A stretch of 64,000 nt of DNA from Thermodesulfobacteriota bacterium. Lineage in GTDB: Bacteria > Desulfobacterota > Desulfobaccia > Desulfobaccales > 0-14-0-80-60-11. A program made the position numbers and the translations under genes. The notes below the pieces were generated by a model. That model had not been told where the DNA came from. It worked only from the letters and a program-made list of their open reading frames with translations, and made no database searches. The DNA lies in the NCBI GenBank assembly GCA_049322315.1, contig JBMORF010000042.1, positions 40,915 to 104,914 of the forward strand. Direction: 5' to 3'. This document shows, piece by piece, positions 36,226 through 47,106 of the stretch (positions are counted from its first letter, which is position 1; each line of letters begins with the position of its first letter).

Positions 36226-38199
36226 TCAGCGACCCATTAAGAGATAAATTCCGACCCCGGCCAGGACCAGGACCATGAAGAGCAGATTCAATTGCACGAA
36301 GGCGGTCTGGAGGAAAGACAACAAGCGGCCGCTGCCGATGGTGGAGAAAGCCACCGCATCGACGCCGCCGTCCACCACCCGCCGGTCGTTGTAAGTGAAT
36401 AAACTGGAAAAGGTGCCGTAAATAATGCGGTTCAGGAACCAGCGCCAGAAATGGTCCATATACCATTTCTGGATGAAAAAATTCTCCAGAGCCGGGACCT
36501 TGCGGATGAAGCCCTGCCATTTAGCCCCGGAAGCACCCCAGTCGAGCCAGGCCAGGCCGATGCCGGACAGGGCGCTACCCACGGCCAGCACCAGGAGCAA
36601 GTAGTTCATCTCGTGGGGATGGGAGGCCCCCAGGAGAAACTTCTCCAGGGGAGTCTGCAGGAATCCCAGCACGCAGGCGAACCCGGCCAGCACTATCAGG
36701 GGGAAGGCCATGACCCAGGGCACCCCGTGATTCCCATTATGGCCGCCGTGGCCGTGGTCATCATCGTGGGCGCCGTGCCCGTGGCCGCCCGTTTCCCGCA
36801 CGTAATACTCCTGCCAGACCGGATCATCGTCTTTGCGGGGAAAGAGCATGACGAAGATCACCCGGAAGGTATAGTAGGCCGTGAGGAAGGCGCCGAAGAG
36901 TCCCAGGCCGACCCACAGCTTATTGGGCAGGTGCCACAACTGGGCCATGATGGCTTCCTTGCTGAAGAAGCCGGCAAAGGGGAAGATCCCCGCCAGGGCC
37001 AGGGCGCCGATGGTGACGGTGACCATGGGGATCATAAGTTTGCGGCCGCCGTCTTTGCTCATGACGAAAAAGTCATTGGTGCCGAAGTGGTGGATGAAGA
37101 CGCCGGCGCAGAGAAAGAGGAGGGCCTTAAAGGCCGCATGGGTGGTGAGGTGGTAGTAACCGGCGAACATGGTGCTGCCGCCCAGGGCCGCGGCCGACAG
37201 CCCCATGGCCATAAACCCCAGCTGGCTCACCGTGGAATAAGCCCAGACCTGCTTGATGTCCTTGGCCACCATACCGATGGTGGAGGAGAGGAGCAGGGTG
37301 ATGGTGGAGATGATGAGCACCACGCTCATGGCGGTGGCGGAGGCGGCAAATAAGGGGAAGAGCCGGGTGATGAGGTAGACGCCCGCAGCCACCATGGTGG
37401 CGGAATGGAGCAGGGCGGAAACCGGCGTGGGACCTTCCATGGCGTCCGGCAGCCAGACGTGGATGGGGAACTGGGCGCTCTTACCGGCCACGCCGCAGAA
37501 GATCAGCAGGGCGCAGAGGGTGACCTGGGCTTCCGTTAATTTATGGGTCATGGCGGCGCCGTTGATATCAAAAATACCCAACCCCGGGATATTGAGGTCC
37601 TTCATAAAGAAGGTAAGGAAGACCAGACCCATGAAAAAGCCGATGTCCCCGAAGCGGGTGACCACGAAGGCCTTCTTCCCGGCTTCGGAGGCGGAAAACT
37701 TCTCGTACCAGAAGCCGATCAAGAGATATGAGGACAGACCCACCAGTTCCCAGGAGATGAAGAGCTGGAGCATGCCGCTGGCCGAGACCAGGCTCAACAT
37801 GGACATACCGAAGAGCGAGAGGTCGGCGTAATAGCGGGCGAACCCCGGGTCCCCCTCCATGTAGCCGATGGAGTAAACCTGGATGAGCCAGGCGATGGTG
37901 GCGACGATGCACAACATCAAAAGGCTCACCGGGTCCAGGAGAAAACCGAAGGGGACGATGACCGCATCGGAGACCAGCCAATTGATCTGGGTAATGATGG
38001 GTTTGGCCAGAGTGACGGTGTGGTATAGCTTATAGAACAGGTACCAGGCCAGAATCAGGGGAATGGTGGAGCAGGTCAGGGAAATGGCCAGGGAGAGTTT
38101 GTCCCTTCTCCAGGTGAAAATCATGATTACCGCGAAGGCCAGCAGCGGCAGGGCGACTATCAATAAACAGGACAGGAAGATGGGATCGCAGGAGCCCAT
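36226..38199 (-). CDS. nuoL: NADH-quinone oxidoreductase subunit L
   Basis: WELVGLSSYLLIGFW, GKSAQFPIHVWLPDAMEGPTPVSALLHSATMV. Confidence 0.96.
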   Translation of the reverse strand: MGSCDPIFLSCLLIVALPLLAFAVIMIFTWRRDKLSLAISLTCSTIPLILAWYLFYKLYHTVTLAKPIITQINWLVSDAVIVPFGFLLDPVSLLMLCIVATIAWLIQVYSIGYMEGDPGFARYYADLSLFGMSMLSLVSASGMLQLFISWELVGLSSYLLIGFWYEKFSASEAGKKAFVVTRFGDIGFFMGLVFLTFFMKDLNIPGLGIFDINGAAMTHKLTEAQVTLCALLIFCGVAGKSAQFPIHVWLPDAMEGPTPVSALLHSATMVAAGVYLITRLFPLFAASATAMSVVLIISTITLLLSSTIGMVAKDIKQVWAYSTVSQLGFMAMGLSAAALGGSTMFAGYYHLTTHAAFKALLFLCAGVFIHHFGTNDFFVMSKDGGRKLMIPMVTVTIGALALAGIFPFAGFFSKEAIMAQLWHLPNKLWVGLGLFGAFLTAYYTFRVIFVMLFPRKDDDPVWQEYYVRETGGHGHGAHDDDHGHGGHNGNHGVPWVMAFPLIVLAGFACVLGFLQTPLEKFLLGASHPHEMNYLLLVLAVGSALSGIGLAWLDWGASGAKWQGFIRKVPALENFFIQKWYMDHFWRWFLNRIIYGTFSSLFTYNDRRVVDGGVDAVAFSTIGSGRLLSFLQTAFVQLNLLFMVLVLAGVGIYLLMGR

Positions 38200-38201
38200 G
38201 A

Positions 38202-38522
38202 TTAACCCCTAAGCTCCGTGGCGTGCTCGATGTTGATACTCTTGAGCTTCCGGTACACGGCCACGATGATGCTCAAGGCGATGGCGGCCTCGGCGGCGGC
38301 CACGGCCATGATGAACAAGGTAATGACCTGGCCCACCGCGGGGTGGGGGGCCAGGAAGCGGTTGAAGGCCATAAAATTGATGCTGGCGGCGTTGAGGATC
38401 AACTCCACGGAGATCAGGATGGCGATCAGGGAGCGCCGCGCCAGCACCCCGTACAGGCCGATGGCAAAGAGCACCAGGGCCAGGTAGAGGTAGGTTTCCA
38501 GTTGATTAAACACCAGCATCAT
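38202..38522 (-). CDS. nuoK: NADH-quinone oxidoreductase subunit K
   Basis: SVELILNA, AAAEAAIAL. Confidence 0.95.
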   Translation of the reverse strand: MMLVFNQLETYLYLALVLFAIGLYGVLARRSLIAILISVELILNAASINFMAFNRFLAPHPAVGQVITLFIMAVAAAEAAIALSIIVAVYRKLKSINIEHATELRG

Positions 38523-38533
38523 GGACCTCGAAA

Positions 38534-39067
38534 TTAAGAGCTGCCGCGGCCGCCCCGGGCGATGACGATGGCGCCCAGCATGGCCACTAACAAGAGTAAA
38601 GAGACGACTTCAAAGATCAGGGCATAATTGGTGAGCAAATAATGCCCGATGGTAGTAACGGACCAGTCCGTGCTTCTTTTAGCCGCGGGAACCCAGGTGG
38701 TCTTCTTGGTTAAAAGGAACAAAAAGGCGAAGACCAGGCCCGCGCCGGCCACCCCGCCCAGGATCTTTTTGATACTCCGGGGGGGGCGGGGCAGGTACAT
38801 GGGCTCGGAGAGCATGATGGCAAAACATATGGCGATACAGATGGCTCCCACGTAGATGAGGATTTCCATCAGGGCCACAAAGGGGCTGTTGAGATAGAGG
38901 AACAGCCCGGCTACCCCGATCAAGGCCAGAACCAATCCCAGGACGTTGTGGAAGATGTTGCGGGCGGCCACGGCGATCAAAGCGCCCACGAGGGTCATCG
39001 CCACTACCATAAAAAAGGCGGCGGTGGCTACTCCCTGGGGGGTGAGAAAGGAGCCGAGGAAGTTCAT
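38534..39067 (-). CDS. nuoJ: NADH-quinone oxidoreductase subunit J
   Basis: ILIYVGAI, FEVVSLLLLVAMLGAI. Confidence 0.94.
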   Translation of the reverse strand: MNFLGSFLTPQGVATAAFFMVVAMTLVGALIAVAARNIFHNVLGLVLALIGVAGLFLYLNSPFVALMEILIYVGAICIAICFAIMLSEPMYLPRPPRSIKKILGGVAGAGLVFAFLFLLTKKTTWVPAAKRSTDWSVTTIGHYLLTNYALIFEVVSLLLLVAMLGAIVIARGGRGSS

Positions 39068-39648
39068 TCTTTCACCTCCTCACCGGCCTTGGCCTTTTTC
39101 GCCTCGGCAGCAGCCTTGGCCTTGGCCTCTTTGGCGGCGGCCTCGGCCGCGGCCGCGGCGGCGATTTCCTCCGGGCTGGGGATGGGAGTGACGGGCAGGC
39201 CGGCAGCCGTCTGCCGCAACTGCAGGATGACTAAGTGGTCCAGAACCGCGTCTTCCCGGTGATAACCCGCCAGGCGGTACTCATCGGAGTATTCCAGGGC
39301 CGAAGTGGGGCAGACCTCGGTGCACAGGCCGCAGAGGCTGCAGTAATAATGCTCGTGGATGTACTTGGTGGCTCTTTTCTGCTTTTCGCCCGGGAATTTA
39401 ATCCCTTCCACGGTTATGAGCTGGGAGGGACAGATGCGGGCGCACATCTCACAAGCGATGCAGCGATGGGTCTGGGTCTCGGGATCGATGATGAGCTGGG
39501 GATAACCCCGGTAAGCCGGGCTCATCTGGATCTTTTCCCGGGGGTATTGGACGGTGACGATGGGTTTGGTGAAATAGCGGATGGTGACCGCCATGCCCGC
39601 CAGCAGGCTCCAGAAACCCACCAGAATCTCTTTGAAGTAATTAATCAT
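39064..39648 (-). CDS. nuoI: NADH-quinone oxidoreductase subunit I (2x[4Fe-4S])
   Basis: TVQYP, CIACEMCARICP, CSLCGLCTEVCP. Confidence 0.95.
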   Translation of the reverse strand: MINYFKEILVGFWSLLAGMAVTIRYFTKPIVTVQYPREKIQMSPAYRGYPQLIIDPETQTHRCIACEMCARICPSQLITVEGIKFPGEKQKRATKYIHEHYYCSLCGLCTEVCPTSALEYSDEYRLAGYHREDAVLDHLVILQLRQTAAGLPVTPIPSPEEIAAAAAAEAAAKEAKAKAAAEAKKAKAGEEVKE

Positions 39649-39680
39649 TGCGATTCAACCTTTATTACAGGCACGGTTCC

Positions 39681-40655
39681 TCAAAAAATTTTCAATGCCA
39701 GGGCGGTAAGCAGCAGATTGACAAAAGACAAGGGAATCAGGATCTTCCAGGCAAAGGTGACCAACTGGTCGAAACGCACCCGGGGAAAGGTCCAACGGAA
39801 CCACATGATCAGGAAGATGAGGGCGTAAACCTTGAGCAGGAACCAGATCACCCCGGGGAGGATGGGGCCATGCCACCCCCCCAGGAAGAGGACAGTGGCC
39901 ACCGCGGAAACAATGAACATGTTGGTGTATTCCGCGAGAAAGAAGAGGGCGAAGCGCATGCCGCTGTATTCCGTATGAAATCCGGCTACCAACTCGGATT
40001 CAGCTTCAGGGAGATCGAAGGGTGTCCGATTGGTTTCCGCGGTGGCGCAAATGATATAAAGGATAAAAGCCAGGGGCTGCACTAAAATGAACCAATAACG
40101 GCTCTGGGCGACGACGATATCCGTGAGCTTAAAGGAGCCCACCATGAGGATGACGCTCATCACCGTGATCAGCAGGGGGATTTCATAGGCGATATTTTGG
40201 GCGACGGAGCGGATGGCTCCGAAGACCGAATACTTGTTCTTGGAGGACCAGCCGGCCATGAGGATGGCCAGGACGGAGAGGCTGGAGAAGGCCAGGATGA
40301 GGAGGATCCCCACGTTCAGGTCTTTGATGATCATGGTTTGGGAGAAGGGGATCACCAGGAAGGTAAGGAGCACCGGCAGAAAGACGACGATGGGGGCCAG
40401 ATAATAAATGGGCTTATCCACCTCTTCCGGGGTAATGAGCTCTTTACCCATGAGTTTCACCGCGTCGGCCACGGTCTGGATGGCGCCGTGAGGTCCCACT
40501 TCCATGGGGCCGGGCCGAAGCTGCATATGGGCTGCGACTTTTCGCTCCATCCAGATGAGGAACAAGGCGTTCACCGAGACCAGGGCGATGACCCCGATCA
40601 AGCCCACGATCATCCTGACCCCTTCACTTCCCAAAGTATGCGTTAGCACGTCCAT
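39681..40655 (-). CDS. nuoH: NADH-quinone oxidoreductase subunit H
   Basis: [40 protein letters not shown]. Confidence 0.97.
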   Translation of the reverse strand: MDVLTHTLGSEGVRMIVGLIGVIALVSVNALFLIWMERKVAAHMQLRPGPMEVGPHGAIQTVADAVKLMGKELITPEEVDKPIYYLAPIVVFLPVLLTFLVIPFSQTMIIKDLNVGILLILAFSSLSVLAILMAGWSSKNKYSVFGAIRSVAQNIAYEIPLLITVMSVILMVGSFKLTDIVVAQSRYWFILVQPLAFILYIICATAETNRTPFDLPEAESELVAGFHTEYSGMRFALFFLAEYTNMFIVSAVATVLFLGGWHGPILPGVIWFLLKVYALIFLIMWFRWTFPRVRFDQLVTFAWKILIPLSFVNLLLTALALKIF

Positions 40656-40675
40656 AAATAGCTCGCAGAAGGTTC

Positions 40676-41788
40676 TTACCGGTCGATTTCCGGAATGACC
40701 ACGTCTATGGAACCGAGGATGGCCACCACGTCGGCCACCAGGTTGTCTTTGAAGCTTTCCACCATCAGGCTCAAGTTGGCAAAGGACGGCACCCTTAATT
40801 TAATCCGGTAGGGTTTCACATCTCCTTCGCTGACGATGTAGGTGCCGAATTCACCCCGGGCCGTCTCCACCGCGGTGTAGACCTCGCCCACCGGGGGCTT
40901 GATGCGCTTGGGCACCTTCTCGGCCATGATGGGACCCTTGGGGAGCTTGTTCAGGGCCTGTTCAATGATGCGGCAGCTCTGCTCCATCTCCCGGAGGCGG
41001 ACGATGTAACGGTCGTAGATATCGCCGTTTTCGCCGATGGGAATCTCAAAATTAAACTGGGGATAGGCGGAGTAGGGCTCGCTCTTGCGGATGTCGTAAG
41101 GGATGCCGCTGCCCCTTAAGCTGGGGCCGGTGATGCCGTAAAGCTGGCACTGCTCTTTGGTGAAGATGCCCACCCCTTTGGTGCGGTGGATAAAAATGAC
41201 GTTCTTGGTCACCAGGTTGTCATAGTCCACCCAGCGGCTGCGGAGGCGGTGGATGAAGGCCCGGGTGCCGGAGATGAAATCATCGTCGAGGTCCCGGGGC
41301 ACGCCGCCGAAGCGGTAGAAGCAATAGGTGAGCCGGGAGCCGGTGATGCTATCCAGGAGGTCCAGGATGTGTTCCCGGTCATCGAAGCAATAGAGGAAGG
41401 GGGTGAAGGCCCCCAGGTCCATGAGATAGGCGCCGAACCACAGCAGGTGGGAGGTAAGGCGGTTGAGTTCATTGGTGATTACCCGGATGTACTCGGCCCG
41501 CTCCGGCACCTCCAGGCCCAACAGCTTTTCCACGGCCATGCAGTAGCCGTGGTTAAAGGCCAATGCATGGAGGTAGTCCACCCGGCCCATGTTGGGCAGA
41601 AACTGCTGATAGTTGCGGTTTTCGGCCATGTGCTCGTGGGCCCGGTGGCCGTAGCCGATGACCGGTTCCGCACTGGCGATGTATTCCCCGTCCATTTCCA
41701 GCAGGACCCGCAGGACCCCGTGGGTGCTGGGATGCTGGGGACCCAGATTGAGGACAAAAGTCTTTTCTTCGATTCCTGAGGTGATCAT
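40676..41788 (-). CDS. nuoD: NADH-quinone oxidoreductase subunit D
   Basis: [14 protein letters not shown]; C-terminus EIDR without the NiFe-binding CxxC. Confidence 0.95.
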   Translation of the reverse strand: MITSGIEEKTFVLNLGPQHPSTHGVLRVLLEMDGEYIASAEPVIGYGHRAHEHMAENRNYQQFLPNMGRVDYLHALAFNHGYCMAVEKLLGLEVPERAEYIRVITNELNRLTSHLLWFGAYLMDLGAFTPFLYCFDDREHILDLLDSITGSRLTYCFYRFGGVPRDLDDDFISGTRAFIHRLRSRWVDYDNLVTKNVIFIHRTKGVGIFTKEQCQLYGITGPSLRGSGIPYDIRKSEPYSAYPQFNFEIPIGENGDIYDRYIVRLREMEQSCRIIEQALNKLPKGPIMAEKVPKRIKPPVGEVYTAVETARGEFGTYIVSEGDVKPYRIKLRVPSFANLSLMVESFKDNLVADVVAILGSIDVVIPEIDR

Positions 41789-42249
41789 TGGGGGGATTCC
41801 GCTTTAACTTCCGCCTCGGCGGGAAACTCTTTCCGCAAGGGGTGAATATCGGCATCCTCGGGAAGCAGCAGGCGCTTCAGGTTGGGATGGCCGGCGAATT
41901 TGATGCCGTACAGGTCGAAGACCTCCCGCTCGTACCAGTCAGCCCCGGGAAAGACCTGGCTGATGGTGGGGGCATCGGCGCCATCGGGGAGAACGGCGTG
42001 GACCGCAGTGCGGCACAATTCATAAAAATTGGCGAAGTGATAGACCAGGGTGAAGGCTTCCCTGGAAGTATGCACCGCGGTGAGGGACTCCAGGAAGCAG
42101 CCCTCGTTGAGCAGAACCTGGGCCACCGCCGGCATCTGTTCCGGGGTGGCGGTGACCTCCAGGTGATAGCCGGTCTTGGCGTAGTCTCCGGGAGCCACCT
42201 GCTCCAGATTCAAAGACGACAGGGCCTGGGTGATATTATCTATTAACAT
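41785..42249 (-). CDS. nuoC: NADH-quinone oxidoreductase subunit C
   Basis: [24 protein letters not shown]. Confidence 0.95.
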   Translation of the reverse strand: MLIDNITQALSSLNLEQVAPGDYAKTGYHLEVTATPEQMPAVAQVLLNEGCFLESLTAVHTSREAFTLVYHFANFYELCRTAVHAVLPDGADAPTISQVFPGADWYEREVFDLYGIKFAGHPNLKRLLLPEDADIHPLRKEFPAEAEVKAESPQ

Positions 42250-42754
42250 CGCGGAACTTCCTTAACCGGCCCCGTTTGGTGATCTTTTCTTCCAGGAGCA
42301 GGATGCCTTCGATGAGGCCCTCGGGCCGGGGCGGACAGCCGGGCACGTAGACGTCCACGGGGATGATCAGGTCGGCTCCGGGCACAATGGCGTATTGATT
42401 CTCATAATAGAAAGGACCGCCGGAGATGGCGCAGTTGCCCATGGCGATCACCCACTTGGGCGCGGGCATCTGTTCCCAGAGCCGGACCACCGCGGGGGCC
42501 ATCTTCTTGGAGATGGTGCCGGCGACGATCATCAAATCCGACTGCCGGGGGGAGGGTCGAAAGATCCCGGCCCCGAAGCGGTCCAAATCGAACCTGGAGG
42601 CGCCCGCGGCCATCATTTCAATGGCGCAGCAGGCCAAACCAAAGGTAATGGGCCATAAAGAGTTGGCCCGGGCCAGGTTCAGGGCCTCTTCCAAGAGGCC
42701 GATATGGATTAAGGGTTCACCTGTTTTCGTTTCCAACTGAAAACCCCCCTGCAC
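42236..42754 (-). CDS. nuoB: NADH-quinone oxidoreductase subunit B (start uncertain)
   Basis: [33 protein letters not shown]. Confidence 0.96.
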   Translation of the reverse strand: MQGGFQLETKTGEPLIHIGLLEEALNLARANSLWPITFGLACCAIEMMAAGASRFDLDRFGAGIFRPSPRQSDLMIVAGTISKKMAPAVVRLWEQMPAPKWVIAMGNCAISGGPFYYENQYAIVPGADLIIPVDVYVPGCPPRPEGLIEGILLLEEKITKRGRLRKFRDVNR

Positions 42755-43101
42755 CAGGCATAGACGATCACCAGGGAGAGAATGCCTATGAAAATGGTGA
42801 TTTCGATTAAGTCCCGCCAGACATAGCCTTTGCCGTAGGCCAGCAGCACCGGGAAGAGGAAGAGCACGTCCACGTCAAAGGCCAAAAAGAGCAAGGCGAA
42901 GAGGTAGTAGATGACGGCTACCTGGATCCAGGCGCTGCCGATGGCCGGCATGCCGCATTCGTAGACCGCGTCCCGGGTGGCGCCAAAACTCTTGGGCGCG
43001 ATCAGGAAAGCGATGATGAGGGGACCCATGGCAAAAAGGGCCGCGGCCAGCAGGAAGACCAGAACGAAGGAAAAGTCGCTCAAGGCTGCAGGGATTTCCA
43101 A
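42709..43101 (-). CDS. nuoA: NADH-quinone oxidoreductase subunit A (re-called start TTG 43101)
   Basis: [22 protein letters not shown]; AGGAG upstream of TTG. Confidence 0.93.
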   Translation of the reverse strand: MEIPAALSDFSFVLVFLLAAALFAMGPLIIAFLIAPKSFGATRDAVYECGMPAIGSAWIQVAVIYYLFALLFLAFDVDVLFLFPVLLAYGKGYVWRDLIEITIFIGILSLVIVYAWCRGVFSWKRKQVNP

Positions 43102-43141
43102 TGCCCTATCTCCTTGTGCTTTTTTTAACAAAACTCCCGCT

Positions 43142-43171
43142 TTTATACCTCGCTGGAAAAAACTTAGTCAA
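43142..43171 (-). promoter_or_regulatory. sigma70-type promoter of the nuo operon
   Basis: Minus strand TTGACT, 18-nt spacer, TATAAA. Confidence 0.6.
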
Positions 43172-43244
43172 GGGTTTTTTTTTGGACAGTGGGAAAAATC
43201 GTCTGGCTCGCAGGCAAGGGGCTAGAAGCGATCAAACATTCTTA

Positions 43245-43278
43245 TTGACAGATGTATTAATTATGCATATTAATACAT
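43245..43278 (+). promoter_or_regulatory. vapBC promoter with an overlapping palindromic operator
   Basis: TTGACA at 43245; perfect 10-bp inverted repeat ATGTATTAAT / ATTAATACAT (43252-43278) over the -10 region. Confidence 0.65.
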
Positions 43279-43311
43279 ATTATTTAATGCATATCATTAA
43301 AGGCGGGATTT

Positions 43312-43509
43312 ATGCGAACCACACTGAACATAGAAGATGAATTGCTGGCCCGGGCCGCGGAGTTGACCGGCGTCAAGGAGAAAACCGCTCTGGTCAGACT
43401 GGGCCTGGAAGCCCTGATATCCAGGGAAAGCGCCAAAAGGCTGGCCGCCTTGGGGGGAACCGAAAAGAATTTGGCGGCCATTCCCCGCCGCAGGTGGGAA
43501 GAAAACTGA
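43312..43509 (+). CDS. vapB: Type II TA antitoxin, VapB family
   Basis: MRTTLNIEDELL..A..LTG...KT.LV..GL..L RHH-type pattern. Confidence 0.88.
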   Translation: MRTTLNIEDELLARAAELTGVKEKTALVRLGLEALISRESAKRLAALGGTEKNLAAIPRRRWEEN

Positions 43510-43510
43510 C

Positions 43511-43864
43511 ATGGTCCTGGTGGACACCTCAGTTTGGGTGGCGCATCTGCGCCATGGAAATATCGGTCTGGAGACGCTGCTGCGTGAAGGCGGAGCAGTT
43601 TGCCACCCCTTCATTATTGGCGAACTTGCCTGCGGCAATCTCCGGAATAGATCTCAAATTCTGGTTCATCTGCAGGCGCTTCCCCGGGCGATCCCCGCAG
43701 ATCATGAAGAAGTAATGCAGTTTATCGGCAAACATAGCCTCATGGGAAAAGGCCTGGGATATATCGATATGCACTTACTGGCTTCGGCTCTGTTAACCAA
43801 AACCCCCATCTGGACCCTGGACAAAAAGCTGCATAAAGTCGCGGTTGGGTTAGAGTTGTCTTGA
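43511..43864 (+). CDS. vapC: Type II TA toxin, VapC (PIN domain)
   Basis: VLVDTSVW, GELACG, GYIDMHLLASA, WTLDKKL. Confidence 0.9.
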   Translation: MVLVDTSVWVAHLRHGNIGLETLLREGGAVCHPFIIGELACGNLRNRSQILVHLQALPRAIPADHEEVMQFIGKHSLMGKGLGYIDMHLLASALLTKTPIWTLDKKLHKVAVGLELS

Positions 43865-43949
43865 CCTGGACAGTAGTTTTTGGATTCGAATCTTACCTCT
43901 CATCGGAGTGAAGCGCAGGCTGAAACCTGGGGCTGCCAGACACGCAAAC

Positions 43950-44087
43950 TTTTCATAACAGTTCCTCATGGGCCATATGGCCCACCCGTAAAGCATGAAA
44001 ATTCTGGTCCCCCCTCACCCCGGCCCTCTCCCCCCGCCGGTTAACCCCAGGGAGGCAGGATACCACCTGGGCGGGGGGAGAGGGGGT
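43950..44087. repeat. Cluster of palindromic REP/MITE-like elements
   Basis: ttttcat...gggccatatggccc...atgaaaa and cccctcaccccggccctctccccc...ggggagagggg. Confidence 0.6.
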
Positions 44088-44139
44088 AAGTCAAGGGCAT
44101 TTCTTAGTTTTTTACTGGCCACTGGCCACTGACAACTTT

Positions 44140-44882
44140 TCAGGACAGAGGCGTGGTGGTATAGGCGATGTTGGCCGCAGCCGAAGGGTAGGGGGTCAGT
44201 GGTTTGCCCTGGCGCACGTCCTGGATCCAATCGGGATTGAGGAGCAGGGATTTGGCGCTGAGGACGATATCCGCGTCCTTTAGGGCCAGCTCCGCGGTGG
44301 GCCGGTCGTAGATCTTGCCGCAGATCATGATCGGCAGAGAAGTTACCTCCCGGGTGAGTTGGGCCATATTGCGGTTCGTGCCGAAGGCTTTATTTTGAAA
44401 ATCATAAGTGGACACGGAAATGGCGTCCAGGGGTTCCTGGGACAAGAAGCTAATGATCTGTTGGTATTCCTCTTGGGTCTGAAAGAGGGAAACGTCCAGA
44501 TCCACCACCCCCCAGTCGGAAATCCTGAAGGTCAATAATTTGTCCGGGGGGATGACCGGGGCCACCGCCTGGATGATTTCGTGGGCGAAACGGTAGCGGT
44601 TGGCCACCGAACCGCCGTAGGCATCATGGCGTTGATTTGCCTCTGGGTGAGGAGCCGGGACTGGCCGGGATAACCCTGGGCGCTTTCGTAATCGGTGACG
44701 AGGGCCTCGGTATAAACCAGGGCCGCGCCGTTTTGGGCCCGGCGCGCCAGGAACTCCAGGACGTCCTGCCGGGGAAGGCTGTCCTTAACCGAGGACATGC
44801 GGGTCATGGGGGCCACCCCCAGGCGGTTTCTCAGCCGGAAATTTTTCCAGGAGAGCAGGGAAAAGACGGGGTCTGGCTCCAT
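44140..44882 (-). pseudogene. NADH:flavin oxidoreductase (Old Yellow Enzyme family) pseudogene with an internal deletion and frameshift
   Basis: 5' frame has LRNR..VAPMTR..RA; 3' frame begins at DAYGGSVANRYRF; the central QxxH and GFDGVExH segments are missing. Confidence 0.8.
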
Positions 44883-44967
44883 GGGGAATCTCCTCCTGCT
44901 TGCCTTGGCGGCGGGGGCCGCGCTATAATTTAGTATAAAAATTCATGCATTTTAATCTAATCATACC

Positions 44968-45693
44968 ATGGTTGACTGGCAAGATTTGACCATGCCTGAG
45001 ATTGAGGCGGCCCGGGAGAAGAGCCGCACGGTGCTCCTGCCCGTGGGGTCGGTGGAGGAGCACGGACCGCACCTGCCCCTGGGGACGGATGCTTTCCATG
45101 CCCTGGAGTTGGCCCGGCGGGTGGCGCAAGAGACCGGGGCCCTGGTGGCGCCGCCGGTGTTTTACGGGGTCTGCCGCTCCACCCGGGAGCATCCGGGCAC
45201 GGTGAGCATTTCCGGAGACACCCTGAGGGCCTTGTTTAAGGACCTGGGCCGGGAGTTCTGCCGCCAGGGTTTTACTAACCTGGTCATCCTCAGCGGCCAT
45301 GCCGGGGGCACGCACATGGCCGCGCTCCTGGAGGCGGGGGAGACCTTGTTGGCGGAACTGCCCGAGGTTCGGGTGGCGGTGGTCAACATCCTGGACCTGC
45401 TCCGGGAGGTCCTGGGGGAGAAGCCGCACCTGGTGGCCACCAAGGGGGACGCCCACGCCGGAGAGGTGGAGACCGCGCTGATGCTGGCCAGCCACCCCCA
45501 CCTGGTTAAAGGCACGGCCCCGGCGGAATGGCCCAAGTTTCCCAAATATCTTCTGGTAAGGGAGAAACGGCGTTTTTGGCCCGGAGGGGTCTGGGGGGAC
45601 CCTTCTAAAGCCAGCGCCGCCCAAGGGGAAGAGATTTTGCAGGCGGAAGTGCGGCGTTTGCGCCAGGTGCTCGCCGCCCTGGAGGCTGGTTAA
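44968..45693 (+). CDS. Creatininase family protein
   Basis: PVGSVEEHGPHLPLGTD, SGHAG, DAHAGEVET, GVWGDP. Confidence 0.9.
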   Translation: MVDWQDLTMPEIEAAREKSRTVLLPVGSVEEHGPHLPLGTDAFHALELARRVAQETGALVAPPVFYGVCRSTREHPGTVSISGDTLRALFKDLGREFCRQGFTNLVILSGHAGGTHMAALLEAGETLLAELPEVRVAVVNILDLLREVLGEKPHLVATKGDAHAGEVETALMLASHPHLVKGTAPAEWPKFPKYLLVREKRRFWPGGVWGDPSKASAAQGEEILQAEVRRLRQVLAALEAG

Positions 45694-46089
45694 GCAGACG
45701 CTCGCTCAAAGCGGGAGCAAAGGTTGCAAGCCGTGGCCGGCGCTGTCATTTGTCCCTGGCCACGGCTTTTTTGGGGGCTCATCACGATCCGGCGGCGCCG
45801 GCTGGAGGCGCTCAAGCTCCACCGGGGCGAGATATCCCGGTTCCGAAGGTTAGATATAGAAGTAATTTCGGGGAAATTTTCTTTTGGTGTAATTATGCTA
45901 TCTTGCCTTCCAGCAAATAATCTCCCGGCAATAGAGGTGACCTTGTCTGGCTGAAACTCGGGGAGAGGGGCGCCGAAACCGTTTTCTGACGAGGGCGGCC
46001 AAAGCTCAAGCTCGACCAAGGGAGAGATACTTTATTCTGAAAGGTGCGGGTGCTGCGAACATTCATTTGTCAGAAAAGGGAGTCCAGTC

Positions 46090-46869
46090 ATGATGCGGCG
46101 AACTAGTCGTGGTCCTGTCGTTTGTCTGGCGCTGCTGCTCACCGCCATTCTCGGCCTCGGCTATGACTCCTCCGCCCAGGCGCAAACGGCTGCGAACAAA
46201 CCCTACCTGGTTTTCTCCACCTACCTGGGGGGCAAGACCGCGGTTTCCGGCGGCACTCCCCGTACCTTCGCCCAGAATGCCGCCTGTGACGCTCAGGGCA
46301 ATATCTACGTCACCGGCGGCACTGAAGTCACCGACCTGCCCGTGAAAAACGCCTTCCAACCGAGCCCCGCGCTAAATAGCGCGTTGTCGGCATTTGTGGC
46401 GAAGTACGACCCTGGGGGCGTTCTGCTCTGGTGCACCTACCTGGGGGGCGATGCTCATAATATGGGCATTGGGGTGGCGGCCATGCCGGACGGCGGCGTG
46501 GCGGTCTCCGGCCTCACCACTTCGGGCGCACATGGACCGTTCCCCACCAAAAATGGTTTTCAGCCGCATCACGTTGGCAACTCAGATTACTTCGTGACGG
46601 TATTCGATAAGGACGGCAACCTGCGGTACTCGACGCTTCTGGGCGGGTAAGAGGATGACCGCACCTACGGACTGGCCGTCGATCCCACCGGCCCCTACGT
46701 GGTCTTGTCAGGTATCACCTCTTCTAAGGATATTCCGGTTCATAACCCAGCGCAACCCTACCCGGACAACAACGGGTGTCAGAACGCCTTTGTGACCAAA
46801 TTCGCTTTTACCAATGCACCCGGCCGGAGGATGGGGCATATCCTGGAGTTGCTGCTGCTGGAAGAGTGA
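46090..46869 (+). pseudogene. Secreted SBBP-repeat (beta-propeller) protein with an in-frame TAA at 46648-46650
   Basis: Signal peptide; STYLGG / AFVAKYD repeats; the same frame continues after TAA as EDDRTYGLAVD...NAFVTKF...ILELLLLEE*. Confidence 0.75.
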
Positions 46870-47106
46870 AGACGCCACCATTTAAGCCCGTAAAACCGGT
46901 TATGAAAAGAAGAGGAAAGATTGGAACTTTAATAAATTTTAGGTCTATTGGCGGGGACGCCGATTACCTTAAGGCAGCCCTGAAAGGTTGTGCCCCACAA
47001 AATTTTCAAGAAGCTTTAACAAGTGCACTTTTTCTTGACTTTTTGTTCCAGGTGTTCTACGGTGCGCGGTGGAAAAGAAAATCGTTTCAGGGAAGATGAA
47101 AGATAT

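Noticed and set aside
40676-42754. Group-4 [NiFe] hydrogenase
   Set aside because: The large subunit lacks both CxxC Ni-binding motifs, and NuoB has the adjacent CC typical of complex I
45690-46060. Short ORFs and a ctcaagctc duplication between the creatininase and SBBP genes
   Set aside because: No convincing RBS, codon bias or motif, and the two short matches could be chance
46648-46650. Selenocysteine or pyrrolysine readthrough
   Set aside because: The in-frame stop is TAA, not TGA or TAG
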